From the NCBI RefSeq assembly GCF_009914755.1, contig NC_060931.1: DNA of 64,000 nucleotides. The stretch is one strand, 5' to 3'. A program made the translations under genes and the position numbers. Below, one piece after another: positions 32,701-46,060 of this stretch. The notes under the pieces are model-generated. The model did not search any database. It was not told where the DNA came from and worked only from the letters and a program-made list of their open reading frames with translations. This DNA is from the human T2T-CHM13v2.0 reference genome, Homo sapiens. Positions within the stretch are counted from its first letter, which is position 1, and the number at the start of each line of letters is the position of its first letter.

Positions 32701-35700
32701 AATAATTACAGCAACTTTTCAAGATGTAGAGAGTACAATAAGACATAAAGAGAAACCATAAAATGTTAAAAAGTGAGTGGATAAAGTTGAAGTGTAGAGT
32801 TTTTATTCATTTTATTTTTGCTTGTTTGCTTATTTGTTTGTTTATGCAATTAGTGTTGTCATCAGTTTCAAATAATGGGTTGTAAGATCGTTTTTCAAGC
32901 TTCATGGTAACCTCAAATTGAAAAACACACAATGGGCACACAAAAAATAAAAAGCAAGAAATTAAATCATACCACCAACAAAAATCAACTCCACTAAAAG
33001 GAAGACAGGAAGGAAGAAAAAAACAAAACAACCACCAAACAACCAGAAAACACATAGCAAAATGGCAAAAGCAAGTCCTTACTTATTAATAATAATATTG
33101 AATGTAAATGGACTAAAATTTCCAATCAAAAGACATAGAGTGGTTGAATAAACATAATAGCAAGACCCATGACTGTTGCCTATAAGAAACACACCTCATC
33201 TATAAAGACACACATAGACTGAAAATAAAAGGATGAAAAAAGATAGTGCGTGACAATGGAAGCAAAAAAAAAGAAAGGAGTAGCTACACTATGTCAGACA
33301 AAATAGGCTTCAAGACAAAAAATGTAATAAGAGACACAGAAGGTTATTATATAATAATAAATGAGTCAATTCAGAAACAGAATATAACAGTTGTAAATAT
33401 ATATGCACCCAACACTGGAGCACCCAGGCATATAAAGCAAATAATATTAGAGCTAAAGAGAGAGATAGACTTCAATACAATAAAAGCTGCAGACTTCAAC
33501 ACCTCACTTTCAGTATTGGACAGATCTTCCAGACAGAAAATCAACAAAGAAACATCAGACTTAATCTCCACTTTAGAACAAATGGACTTAATATATATTT
33601 ACAGAAGATTTCATCCAATGGCCACAGAATACACATTCTTCTCCTCAACACATGGATCATTCTCGAGAATAGATCATATGTTAGGTTACAAAACAAGTCT
33701 TAAAACATTCAGAAAAATTGAAATACTATCAAGCATCTTCTCTGACCACAGTTGAATAAAACTAGGAATCAATAACAACAGGAATTTTGAAAACTATATA
33801 AACACAATGGAAATTAAACAATATGGCCCAGAATGATCAGTGAGTCAATGAAGAAATCAGAAGGAAACTGAAAATTTTCTTAAAACAAATGATAAGGAAA
33901 CAGAACATGCCAAAACCTATGGAATGTAGCAAAAACAGGGAAATTTATAGCTATAAAACCTACATCAAGAAAGAAAGAAAACTTCAAATAAATAAGCCAA
34001 GAATGCATCTTTAAAAATTAGAAAGACAAGAGCAAACCAAACCCAAAATTAGTAGTAGAAAAAAACATAAAGATCAGCACAGAAATAAATAAATTTGAAA
34101 TTAAGAAAACAGTACAAGAGATCAATGAAATGAAAATTTAGTTGTTTGAAACAATAAATAAAATTGACAAATCTTTAGGGAGACTAAGAAAAAAAGACAC
34201 CGGAGCCAAATAAATAAAATCAGAGTTGAAAAAAATAGAGACATTAGAACTGATACCACAGAAATACAAAGGATCATTAGTAGCTAGTATGAGCAACTGT
34301 ATGCCAACAAATTGGAAAATCTAGAGGAAATGTGTAAATTCCTAGACATATACAACCTACCAAGGTTAAACCATAAAGGAATCCAAAACCCGAACAGACC
34401 ATTAACAAGCAATGAGATCAAAGCTGTAATAAAAAGTCTCTCAGTAAAGCAAAGTCTGGGAACCTGATGGCTTCACAACAGAATTCTACCAAACATTTAA
34501 AGAACCAATACCAATCCTACTCAAACTATTCTAAAAAGTAGAGGAGGAGGAAATACTTCCAAATTCCTTCTATGAGGCCAAAACCAGACAAAGACACATC
34601 AAAAAAGAAAACTACAGGACACTCTCTCTGTTGAATATTGATAGAAAAGGCCTTAGCAAAATACTAGCAAACTGAATTAAACAATACATTAGAAAGAATA
34701 TTCATCATGACTAAATGGGATTTATCCCAGGGATATAAGACCACTTTAACATATGCAAATAAATCAATGTCGTACATCATATCAATAGAATGAAGGACAA
34801 AAACCATGTGATCATTTTAATTGGTGCTGCAATTGACAAAATTCAACACCCTTTCATGATAAAAATCCTTAAAAAACAGGCATAGAAGGAACATACCTTA
34901 ACATAATGAAAGACATATATGACAGACCCACAGCTAGTATCACACTGAATGAGGAAAAACTGAAAGCCTTTCCTTTAAGATCTGGAACACAACAGCAATG
35001 CCACTTTCACCACTGTTATCCAACATAGTACTGGAAGTGCTAGCTAGAGCAATCAGACAAGAGAAGGACATAAAGGGCATCCAAATTGGAAAGGAAGAAG
35101 TCAAATTATCCTAGTTTGCAGATGATATGAGCTGATATCATCTGCAAAGACTCCAAAGAAAGTATAGAACTGATAAACAAATTCAGAAAAGTTGCAGAGT
35201 TGGAAAAAAAAAAAGACATTAGAACTGATACCACAGAAATTAACATGCAAAAATCAGTAGCATTTCTATATTCCAAAAGTGAACATTCTGGAAAAGAAAT
35301 CAAAAAAGTAACTCCATTTACAATAACCACAAATAAAATTAAATACCTAGGAATCAAAAAGAAGTGAAAGATTTCTACAATGAAACTATAAAATACTGAT
35401 GAAAGAAATTGAAGAGGACACAAAAAAGTGTAAAAGTATTTCACGTTCATGGATTGGAAGAATCAACATTGTTAAAATGTCTATACTACTCAAAGCAATC
35501 TACAAATTCAATGCCATCCCTATAAAAATACCAGACATTCTTCACAGAAATAGAGCAATCTTAAAATTTACATAGAACCACAAAACATCCAGAATAGCCA
35601 AAGCAAAAAGAGGAAAACTGGAGGAATCACATCACCTGACTTCAAATTATACTACAAAGCTACAGTAACCAAAACAGCATGGTACTGGAATAAAAACAGA

Positions 35701-36976
35701 AGCATGAATCAATGGAACAGAACAGATAACCCAGAAACAAATCCACACATCTCAAGTGAACTCATTTTTGACAACGGTGCCAAGAACATACAATGGGGAA
35801 AGGACAGTCTCTTCAATACATGGTGCTGGGAAAACTGGATATCCAAATGCAGAAGAATGAAACTTGACTCATATCTCTAACCATATACAAAAAAATCAAA
35901 TCAAAATGGATGAAAGACTTCAATCTAAGACCTCAAACTATGAAATTACTTCAAGAAAACATTGAAGAAATTCTCCAGGATATTGGCCTGGGCAAAAATT
36001 TCTTGAGTAATATCCTACAAGCACAGACAACTAAAGCGAAAATGAACAGATGGGATCACATCAAGTTTAAAAGCTTCTGCACAGCAAAGGAAATGTCAAT
36101 AAAGTGAAGAGACAACCCACGGAAGGGGAGGAAATATTTGCAAACTACCCATCTGACAAGGAGTTTATAACCAGAATATATAAGGAGCTCAAACAACCCC
36201 ATAGGGAAAAAATAATAATCTGATTTAAAAATAGGCAAAAGATCTGAACAGATATTCCTTAAAAGAAGACATGTAAATGGAAGCAGGCACATGAAAAGGA
36301 GATGAACATCATTGATCAACAGAGAAATGCAAATCAAAACCACAATGAGATATCATCTCACTCCAGTTAAAATGGCTTTAATCCAAAAGATGGGCAATAA
36401 CAAATGCTCATGAGGATGTGGAAAAAGGGAATCCTCATACACTGTTGATGAGAATGTAAATTATTACAGTCACTGTGGAGAACAGTTTGGAGGTTCCTCA
36501 AAATACTCAAAATAGAGCCACCATATAACCCAGCAATCTCACTGCTTGGTATATACCCAAAAGAAAGGAAATCAGTGTATGGAAGAGATATCTGCACTTC
36601 CGTGTTCATTGCAGCACTGTTCACAATAGCTGAGATTTGAAAGCAACCTAAGTGTCCATCAACAGACAAATGGATAAAGAAAATATGGTACATATACGCA
36701 ATGGGGTACTATGCAGACATAAAAAGAATGAGATCTTGTCATTTACAACGGCATAGGTGGAACTGGAGGTCATTATGTTAGGTGAAATAAGTCAGACTTG
36801 GAAAGTCAAATTTCGCATGTTCTCATTTATTTGTGGGTGCTAAATATCAAAGCAATTGAACTCATGCAGATAGAGAGTAGAAGGATGATTACCAGAGGCT
36901 AGGAAGGGTAGTGGGGGGGTGAAGGAGGGAAGTGAGGATGGTTAATAGGTACAAAACATACATATACATACATACA

Positions 36977-37012
<36 letters not shown>

Positions 37013-37097
37013 TAATTAGAATGAATAAGACAGAATTTGATAGCTCAACAGGGTGACTATAGTCAATAATACTTTAATTGTACATTAAAAATTAACT
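29754..37097 (+). mobile_element. Near full-length L1MA (MA1/MA2-like): 5' UTR, ORF1, ORF2 and first part of the 3' UTR, all disrupted
   Basis: ORF1 fragment 31861-32211 (LKRANLRII...ENFPNL), EN fragment 33246-33755 (NIYAPNTGAP, SRIDH, SDH), L1MA-type 3' UTR (cagggtgactatagtcaataat). Confidence 0.92.
36957..37013. repeat. (CATA)n / (TA)n microsatellite
   Basis: About 12 consecutive cata units followed by ta repeats. Confidence 0.95.
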
Positions 37098-37440
37098 TAG
37101 GTCAGCGCGAGGGAGCCCGGGTGGCCGCCATTACTGAGCCTGGCGCTGCGGCTGGCGCTGGGAGAGCGGGGAGGGACGGGGCCGCAGCTGGTGGCAGAGA
37201 GGGAGGGAGGGTGGGTGAGCAGGCTGCGGGGGCCGTGGGGCTCAGGGTTTCCGGGCGTGTGTGTCGGGGAGGGCGGAGGGAGGTGCCTGAAGGGACGCGC
37301 CGCTCGGTGAGCGCGCCGGGGGAGAGGCGAGCAGAGAGTGGAGGAGGAGGCGGCGGCGGGAGCGCTACCCAGGAATGTTGCTGCCGCAGCCACAGCCAGG
37401 GCCGCTGTGGTTGAGGAGGAGACAGAGGAGACCGACGTTG
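37098..37440 (+). promoter_or_regulatory. CpG-island-like segment (retrocopied first exon)
   Basis: About 32 CpG in ~340 bp by manual count, very GC-rich, GC-box-like gggcgg at 37271. Activity is not shown. Confidence 0.5.
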
Positions 37441-40400
37441 TTAGGAAAATGATCTCTATGATCTTGAAGATGTTTCTGCACAGAAATGAGGGAAATACAA
37501 AGAACCAAATACAGTTCTGAAACTTGGGATCTGTATTTTCAGATGATTTTATTTTCAGAATGAGAAGCATATCTGGTTTCATATCTACATTTATGAATGT
37601 AGAGGCATGAGAAGAGAGTTATGATGGCAAAAAACAAAGAGCCTTGTCCCCCATCCTATACTATCAGTGTAGTTGGACTCTCTGGGACTGAAAAAGACAA
37701 AGGTAACTGTGGAGTTGGAAAGTCTTGTTTGTGCAATAGATTTGCACGCTCAAAAGCAGATAAATATTATCCAGAGCATACTTCTGTGCTTAGCACCATT
37801 GACTTTGGAGGACGAGTCGTAAACAGTGATCACTTTTTGTACTACTGGGGTGACATAACACAAAATGGTGAAGTTGGAGTAGAATGCAAAATTCATGTCA
37901 TTTAACAGTTCATTGATGACCAGACATTCTTGCCTCATCGGAGTATGAATTTGCAACCATATATAAAACGTGCAGCTGCATCTAGATTGCAGTCAGCAGA
38001 AAAACTAATGTACATTTGCACTGATCAACTAGGCTTAGAACAAGACTTTGAACAGAAGCAAATGCCTGAAGGGAAGCTCAATGTAGATGGATTTTTATTA
38101 TGCATTGATGTAAGTCAGGGATGCAATAGGAAATTTGATGATCAACTTAAATTTGTGAATAACCTTTTTGTCCAGTTATCAAAATCAAAAATACCTGTAA
38201 TAATAGCGGCAACTAAATGTGATGAATGCGTGGATCATTATCTTAGAGAAGTTCAGGCATTTGCTTCAAACAAAAAGAAGCTTCTTGTAGTGGAAACATC
38301 AGCAGGATTTAATGTCAACATTGAAACGTGTTTCACTGCACTGGTACAAATGTTGGATAAAACTCGTAGCAAGCCTAAAATTATTCCCTATTTGGATGCT
38401 TATAAAACACAGAGACAACTTGTCACAGCAACAGATAAGTTTGAAAACTTGTGCAGACCGTGAGAGATTATCATGCAACTTGGAAAACTGTTAGTAATAA
38501 ATTTAAAAAATCATCCTGATTATGAAGAATACATCAACTTAGAGGGAACAAGAAAGGCCAGAAATACATTCTCAAAACATATACAACAACTTAAACAGGA
38601 ACCTATAAGAAAAAGGAGAGAAGAGTATATAAATACTTTACCAAGAAGAGTTTTTAACACTCTTGCCAAGTCTAGAAGAGATTGAACATTTGAATTGGTC
38701 AGAAGCTTTGAAGTTAATGGAAAAGAGAATAGATTTCCAGTTATGTTTTGTGGTGCTAGAAAAAACACCTTGGGATGAAACTGACCATATAGACAAAATT
38801 AATGACAGGCAGATTCCATTTGACCTCCTGAGCACTTTAGAAGCTGAAAAAGTCTGTCAGAACCATGTACAACATCCAATATCCGAGAAGAGGAGGGTAG
38901 AAATGAAGGAAAAATTCAAAAAGACTTTGGAAAAAATTCAAGTCATTTCACCTGGACAGCCATGGGAGGAAGTTATGTGCTTTGTTATGGAGGATGAAGC
39001 CTTCAAGTATATCACTGAGGCTGATAGCAAAGAGGCATATGGTAGGCATCAGTGATAAATAGTTGAAAATCCAAAGAAAAGTTTCAAGAAATGCTTTTTG
39101 AGCATTCTGAACTTTTTTATGATTTAGATCTTAATGCAACACCTAGTTCAGATAAAATGAGTGAAATTCATACAGTTCTGAGTGAAGAACCTAGATATAA
39201 AGCTTTACAGAAACTTGCACCTGATAGGGACTCTCTTCTACTTAAGCATATAGGATTTGTTTATCATCCCACTAAAGAAACGTGTCTTAGTGACCAAAAT
39301 TGTACAGACATTAAAGTGGAGCAGTTACTTGCTAGCAGTCTTTTACAGTTGGATCACGGCTGCTTAAGATTATATCACGATAGTACCAATATAGATAAAA
39401 TTAACCTTTTTATTTTAGGGAAGGTTGGCCTTGCCCAAGAACTAGCAAATGAGATAAGGACACAATCCACTGATGATGAGTATGCCTTAGATGGAAAATT
39501 TATGAACTTGATCTTCGGCCAGTTCGCCTTACCTTTTGAGTCAGTTATGGACTGCTGCCTTTAAACCACATCGGTGCTTCTGTGTATTTAATTCCATTAA
39601 GTCATTGAGTTTTATTGGGGGAATTTATTGGGAAAATAAGAACTGAAGCTTCTCAGATCAGAAAAGATAAATACTTGGCTAATCTTCCATTTACATTAAT
39701 TCTGGCTAATCAGAGAGATTCCATTAGTAAGAATCTACCAATTCTCAGGCACCAAGGGCAGACAAGTTACAATGTCCTTTTGTAGATGTACCTGCTGGTA
39801 CATATCCTCATAATTTTTATGAAACCCAAATAAAGCAAGCTCTAAGAGGAGTACTGGAATCTGTTAAACCCAATTTGGATGTGGTGAGCCCAGTTTCTGC
39901 CAAGAAGGACATATCAGAAGCTGACTTGAGAATTGTCATGTGTGCCATGTATGGAGATCCATTTAGTGTGAATCTTATTCCCTCACCCTTCCCTGATTCT
40001 CATTCTTGCAGTGCTGCTCAAGCTGGACAGAATAATTCCCTAATGCTTGATAAAATCATTGGTGAAAAAAGGAGGCGAATACAGACCACAATATTATCAT
40101 ACCACTCTTCAATTGGAGTAAGAAAAGATGAACTAGTTCATGGGTATATATTAATTTACTCTGCAAAACAGAAAGCATCAATGGGAATGCTTCGAGCATT
40201 TCTATCAGAAGTTCAAGACACATTCCTGTACAGCTGGTGGCAGTTACTGATAGCCAAGCAGATTTTTTTTTTGAAAACGAGGCTATCAAAGAATTAATGA
40301 CTGAAGAACACATTGCAACTGAGATCACTGCTAAATTTACAGCATTGTATTCTTTATCTCAGTATCATCAGCAAACTGAGATCTTTATTCTGTTTTTTAG

Positions 40401-43400
40401 TGATGTTCTAGAGAAAAAACATATGATAGAAAATTCTTATTTGTCTGATAATACAAGGGAATCAACCCATCAAAGTGAAGATGTTTTTCTACCATCTCCC
40501 AGAGACTTTTTTCCCTATAACAACTACCCTGATTCAGATGATGACACAGAAGCACTACCTCCTTATAGTCCAACTGGGGATGATGTACAGTTGCTTCCAA
40601 CACCTAGTGACCATTCCAGATACAGATTAGATTTGCAAGGAAATGAATATTCTATTCATAGTACCCCAAACTGTCGTGACCATGAACGCAACCATAAAGT
40701 GCCTCCACCTATTAAACCTAAACTAGTTGTACCTAAGACAAATGTGAAAAAAATGGATCCAAACATTTTAAAAACAATTGAAGCTGGTATTGGTAAAAAT
40801 CCAAGAAAGCGGACTTCCCAGGTGCCTTTGGCACATCCTGAAGATATGAATCCTTCAGATAACTATGCGGAACCCATTGATACAATTTTCAAACAGAAGG
40901 GCTATTCTGATGAGATTTATATTGTCCCAGATGATAGTCAAAATCACATTAAAATTCAAAACTCACTTGTAAATAACACCCAAGGAGATGAAGAAAATGG
41001 ATTTTCTGATAGAACCTCAAAAAAATCACGGGGAATGGAGGCCTTCAAAATACAAATATAAGTCTAAAATCATGTTTAGTAAAGCCAAGTCATACTATAG
41101 GAGAACACATTCAGATGCAAGTGATGATGAGGCTTTCACCACTTCTAAAACAAAAAGAAAAGGAAGACATCGTGGAAGTGAAGAAGATCCACTTCTTTCT
41201 CCTGTTGAAACTTGGAAAGGTTAGGTATTGGTAATCCTGCAATCACTTCTGACCAGGAGTTAGATGATAAGAAGATGGAGAAGAAAACCCGCAAAGTGAA
41301 AGGAGATAAAAAGCAGAAAAAGAAAACTAAGACCTTCAATCCACCAACATGTAGAAATTGGGAAAGTAATTACTTTGGGATGCCCCTCCAGGATCTGGTT
41401 ACAGCTGAGAAGCCCATACCAGTATTTGTTGAGAAATGTGTGGAATTTATTGAAGATACAGGGTTATGTACTGAAGGACTCTACCGTGTTAGCAGGAACG
41501 AAACTGACCAAGACAATATTCAAAAGCAGTTTGATCAAGATCATAATATCAATCTAGTGTCAATGGAAGTAACAGTAAATGCTGTAGCTGGAGCCCTTAA
41601 AGCTTTCTTTGCAGATCTGCCAGTTCCTTTAATACCATATTCTCTTCATCCAGAGCTATTGGAAACAGCAAAAATCCCAGATAAAACAGAATGTCTTCAT
41701 GCCTTGAAAGAAATTGCTAAGAAATTTCATCCTGTAAACTATGATGTATTCAGATACATGATAACACATCTGAACAGGGTTAGTCAGCAAAATAAAATCA
41801 ACCTAATGACAGCAGACAACTTAATCCATCTGTTTTTGGCCAACCTTGATGAGAGCTGATTTTGAAAATCAAGAGTTTCTGTCTACTACTAAGATTCATC
41901 AATCTGTTGTTGAAACATTCATTCAACAGTGTCAGTTTTTCTTTTACAATGGAGAAATTGTAGAAACGACAAACACTGTGGCTCCTCCACCACCTTCAAA
42001 CCCAGGACAGTTGGTGGAACCAACGGTACTACTTCAGTTGCCGCCACCATTGCAACCTCAGCTGATACAACCACAATTACAAACGGAACCTCTTGGTATT
42101 ATATGAGTAGGAAGTAATTGCAAACAGGCTGGATTTGGACAAAAAGCAAATCTAGACATGCATGTTTCAGGGTTCAGTAGTATACTTCATATTTCATACA
42201 GATAATTCACATTCAAAATGACATTTTCTCTTTGAACTAGATGGTATTCCTTATTCACTTACATTACAAATCTAAGACTATGTGATAGGCATGACTGGAG
42301 AGGTTTAATTTTTATAAACAAAAATAGCTATAAAATACAAAGCTGCTGCTGCATGCAACCTTATTGCAATCAGTATATCATTCCTGTGACAATTTCTGTC
42401 ACATTATGTTGTGAATAAAATTTTTCCATAGAAATTAAATGATTTAAAAACTCACCTATATGAAACATTTAATGCTTTTCAGCCTGCTTTCTGGCGATTT
42501 TGTTATTTGATGTGCTAATTTGGGCAACTTAATTTACATTCTGGCAGTCAGTGTAGATAAGTAAAAGCCCAGTTAAGTATTTTATACTTTCAGGCTACTG
42601 AGGCCATGCTTGGGATGTTGTTTGAAAGAAAGAAAAAATACACTTGACATATTTCACATTTCTGTACCTTCATCTTTACTTACAAATAAACCTGTGGATG
42701 ATTTGATGAAGGATAAATGAACCTATTTCTTTTACACACATACCAAGGACATGCTTGTGACTAAAGTGAGTTGATAATATTGTGCAAAGGATAGTTGTCA
42801 CCAACTCATTTCTTTCTGGTCCATAATGAAATAAACATTTTGTAGACTGTTAATTCTGTAAATAGATGCATGGTCAAAAGATCTATGATGTTCTTATAAT
42901 CTTAATCTAATATATTTTAGATATTTTAATTTTTTCCCTTTTGGAGAACACATTTAGTATAGTGTAGAAAATACTTCATGACATTTGCATTAAGTTTATA
43001 TAACTTTTCATACATAAACATGAAATTTGTTGTAGAAAATTCTTTAAACCAAACATTTAAATCTAAGACTTCAATTTAATTTGTTCCTTGTGTCTATTTT
43101 TATGTGGCCCTTAAAAACATATCCAAAAAACCAATAAAAATACTTTGGGTACTGACAAACTCTTCGGAGTGTTTATGTTACAAATTTGTATTCATGTTCT
43201 TTCCTGTGATGTGTTATCCTAAAACCCAAAATGGCTTTTGCACCATTTTTAAGCCAATTTTTTTCCTTTGATGTTGGCACCAGAATTACTATAAACGACT
43301 GCTGCTTTTGGGTGTAAACATTTTGTTAGTGAAGATATAACCAGAACAATAAATTATGGATAAAATTTTCAGAATAGGTGGCACAGGCAAATTTCACTAG

Positions 43401-43510
43401 GTTATATTTTGTGTAGTAAAGAAAAAAATTCTTTGGTAAATGTTATCTTAATTCAGACTACAATTTTAAGATTGTCTTATATGTATTATAGTAAATAGAT
43501 GATTTTCAGA
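37098..43510 (+). pseudogene. ARHGAP5: Processed pseudogene of ARHGAP5 (p190-B RhoGAP): 5' UTR 37098-37620, disrupted CDS 37621-42106, 3' UTR to ~43509
   Basis: Collinear intronless fragments from MMAKNKEP through the GTPase-like domain (GVGKS, TKCD), FF region and RhoGAP (GLYRVS) to the C-terminal ...PLGII stop. Stops at 37903-37905 and 39053-39055, many frameshifts. Imperfect TSD aaaaattaact (37087-37097) / aaaaaataact (43511-43521). The symbol names the parent gene. Confidence 0.97.
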
Positions 43511-43690
43511 AAAAAATAACTCAAAGAGTATAATTGGATTGTTTGCAATTCCAAGAATAAATGCTTGAAGGGATGGATACCCCATTTTCCATGATGTGAT
43601 TACTGCTTACTACATGCCTGTCAAAGTATCTCAAGTACCCCATAAATATATACACCTACTATGTACCTACAAAAATTTTTTTTTTAATTT
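43511..43690 (+). mobile_element. Remainder of the L1MA 3' UTR, downstream of the retrocopy
   Basis: aaaataactcaaagagtataattggattgtttg...ggatggataccccattttccatgatgtgatta continues the text broken at 37097. Confidence 0.92.
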
Positions 43691-44409
43691 TTAAGATCTT
43701 AAAAAAGAAAGCAGGCTGGTAAATCTAAACAAGTATTAGTATTATGAAACCTTAGTAATAATTGTTTTCAAGGAAGGTAGAAGTAGATATAAAGTAACTT
43801 TAGAGTTTATGCCAAGTATGTATGTTATGTTTAAGAGTAGCTTAACATAACATGTAAGAGTAGCTCCTAACAATAGGGGTAGAATATATAAGCTCCCAAC
43901 TAGTATGATGAAATGAGTTTAAATCCATTAAGTCAAAGTAAGAAACAAGAAAAGAAAGAAAGAGCAGGGCAATTAGAAACTATAAAATAACATGGCAGAA
44001 GAAATGCAAATATACCATTAATCACAATATATGTAAATGAGATAAACACATTAACACAGAGTTTGTAGGATTAGATTTTGATAAAGTCTAACTAAATGAT
44101 ACTTGAAAGAAACACTTGAAATTACTACACAGAAAGGTTGAAAGTAAAAGAATGGAGAAAAGATAAACTCATTAAATACTAATGAAAAGAAATCTGGGTC
44201 AGAGGTAAGAATGTCAGATAGATTAAATTTTAGGCAAAAGGATTATAAGATTATGTCATAAAACATTAAATTAACCAATAACACACAACAGTTTCAACCT
44301 TGTATAAAACTAATACATAGTCTCAAAAATATAAAGAAAAAATGTACAGAATCAAGAAGGTAGATTGAGAAATCTAACAGCACATGAGAGATTAAAGAGA
44401 AAAAAATTT

Positions 44410-44900
44410 TGAACAAATAGTTACAGGTTGCTTCTTATGTGCCAGGCACTCTTTGAGTTGCAGGGGATGCTACAAAGAGAAAAATGAATTCTCATAAAAA
44501 TGCTTGCCCTCATGGAGCTTATACTCTAGTAACATGTATATGGTATTCCGTGGGGGTGAGTACTATGGAAAAATAGAAGACAAAGGAGGAACACAGGGAG
44601 GGAGTTGGCCTTGCTGAAGAGTGTTTAGGAAAAGCCTCCCTGGAAATGTAGTTTTTGAGCAACATTTAATGGGGGTGAAGAAGCAAGAACAGACATCTGG
44701 ATTTCTAAGGGAAGAGTATTTCAGAAGAAACAACAACTTCTAAGGCCTTAAACGGGGCATGTCCAAGAAACAGTAAATGGGCCAATATTTTTAGAATGTG
44801 TTGATTTAGAGGATGACCTAGTGGCAGGAGAATAAGACCAAAAGGTAAACACTGGAGAGAGAGAAAGTCACGCAGTGCCTGCAGGCTATTGTGTGAACCT
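44410..44900 (-). mobile_element. L2 3'-end fragment
   Basis: tatgtgccaggcact...tgccctcatggagcttatactctagt L2 signature. Confidence 0.75.
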
Positions 44901-45235
44901 GTGAGGAGGAGAGGATGTGGAATGGCAAAGTAAGGAAAGAGTCAAATCTCAACAAGCGTCACACTGGCATATTTTATGAAAAGTGGACTTAAGTTAGAAA
45001 TCAGTGAAGAATAACTTAAAATTTATACAGTTGGACACTTACAAATGCATTTCTCAGTAACTTGTGGATCAAATATTACATATAACAAATATTTTAAAAT
45101 ACCTAGATGTGAACAAAACATAAATACAGCATATCAAAATGTATGGGCTATAGTCAAAGTATTATGAGGGGAATTTATATTCATAAATGCTTATTTATAA
45201 AAGCTCAAAAACCAGCTTAACAAGTTAGAAAATGA

Positions 45236-45651
<416 letters not shown>

Positions 45652-45671
45652 TTAAAGAAAACTGAGGGAAG

Positions 45672-46060
45672 AGAATATGTGGAATCTAAATCTAAAAAGG
45701 TCAAATACATAGAAGCACAGAGCAGAATGGTTGTTATGAGGGCCTGAAGGGTTGGGAGAAATGAGGAGAAGAAGGTTAAAGGGTACACACTTGCAGAATA
45801 AGATCTGAAAACCTAATGTACAGCATGATAACTACACTTCATAATAACATATTATGCACTTGAAATTTGCTAAGAGAGTAGATCTTAGCTATTCTCACCA
45901 CATAACAACAACATAAGTGGCTAGGTGAGGTGATATGCTAATTACCTTAATTGTGGTTGCCATTTCATAATATATAGGTCTATCAAAACACCACATTGCA
46001 TACCTTGAATATATGTAATTTTTATTTGTCAATTAGACCATAACATAGTTAAAAAAAAAG
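45672..46060 (+). mobile_element. L1MA (MA8-10-like) 3' UTR fragment
   Basis: tatgtggaatctaaa...cttgaaatttgctaagagagtagatctta...taccttgaatatatgtaatttttatttgtcaatt. Confidence 0.8.

Noticed and set aside
37097-37582. 161-aa antisense ORF and overlapping GC-rich ORFs
   Set aside because: Low-complexity Ala/Pro/Ser frames expected from a stop-poor GC-rich 5' UTR, with no domain signal.
37621-42106. Functional ARHGAP5 gene or new RhoGAP paralogue
   Set aside because: Premature stop after 94 codons, further stops and many frameshifts, no introns, and a TSD: it is a processed pseudogene.
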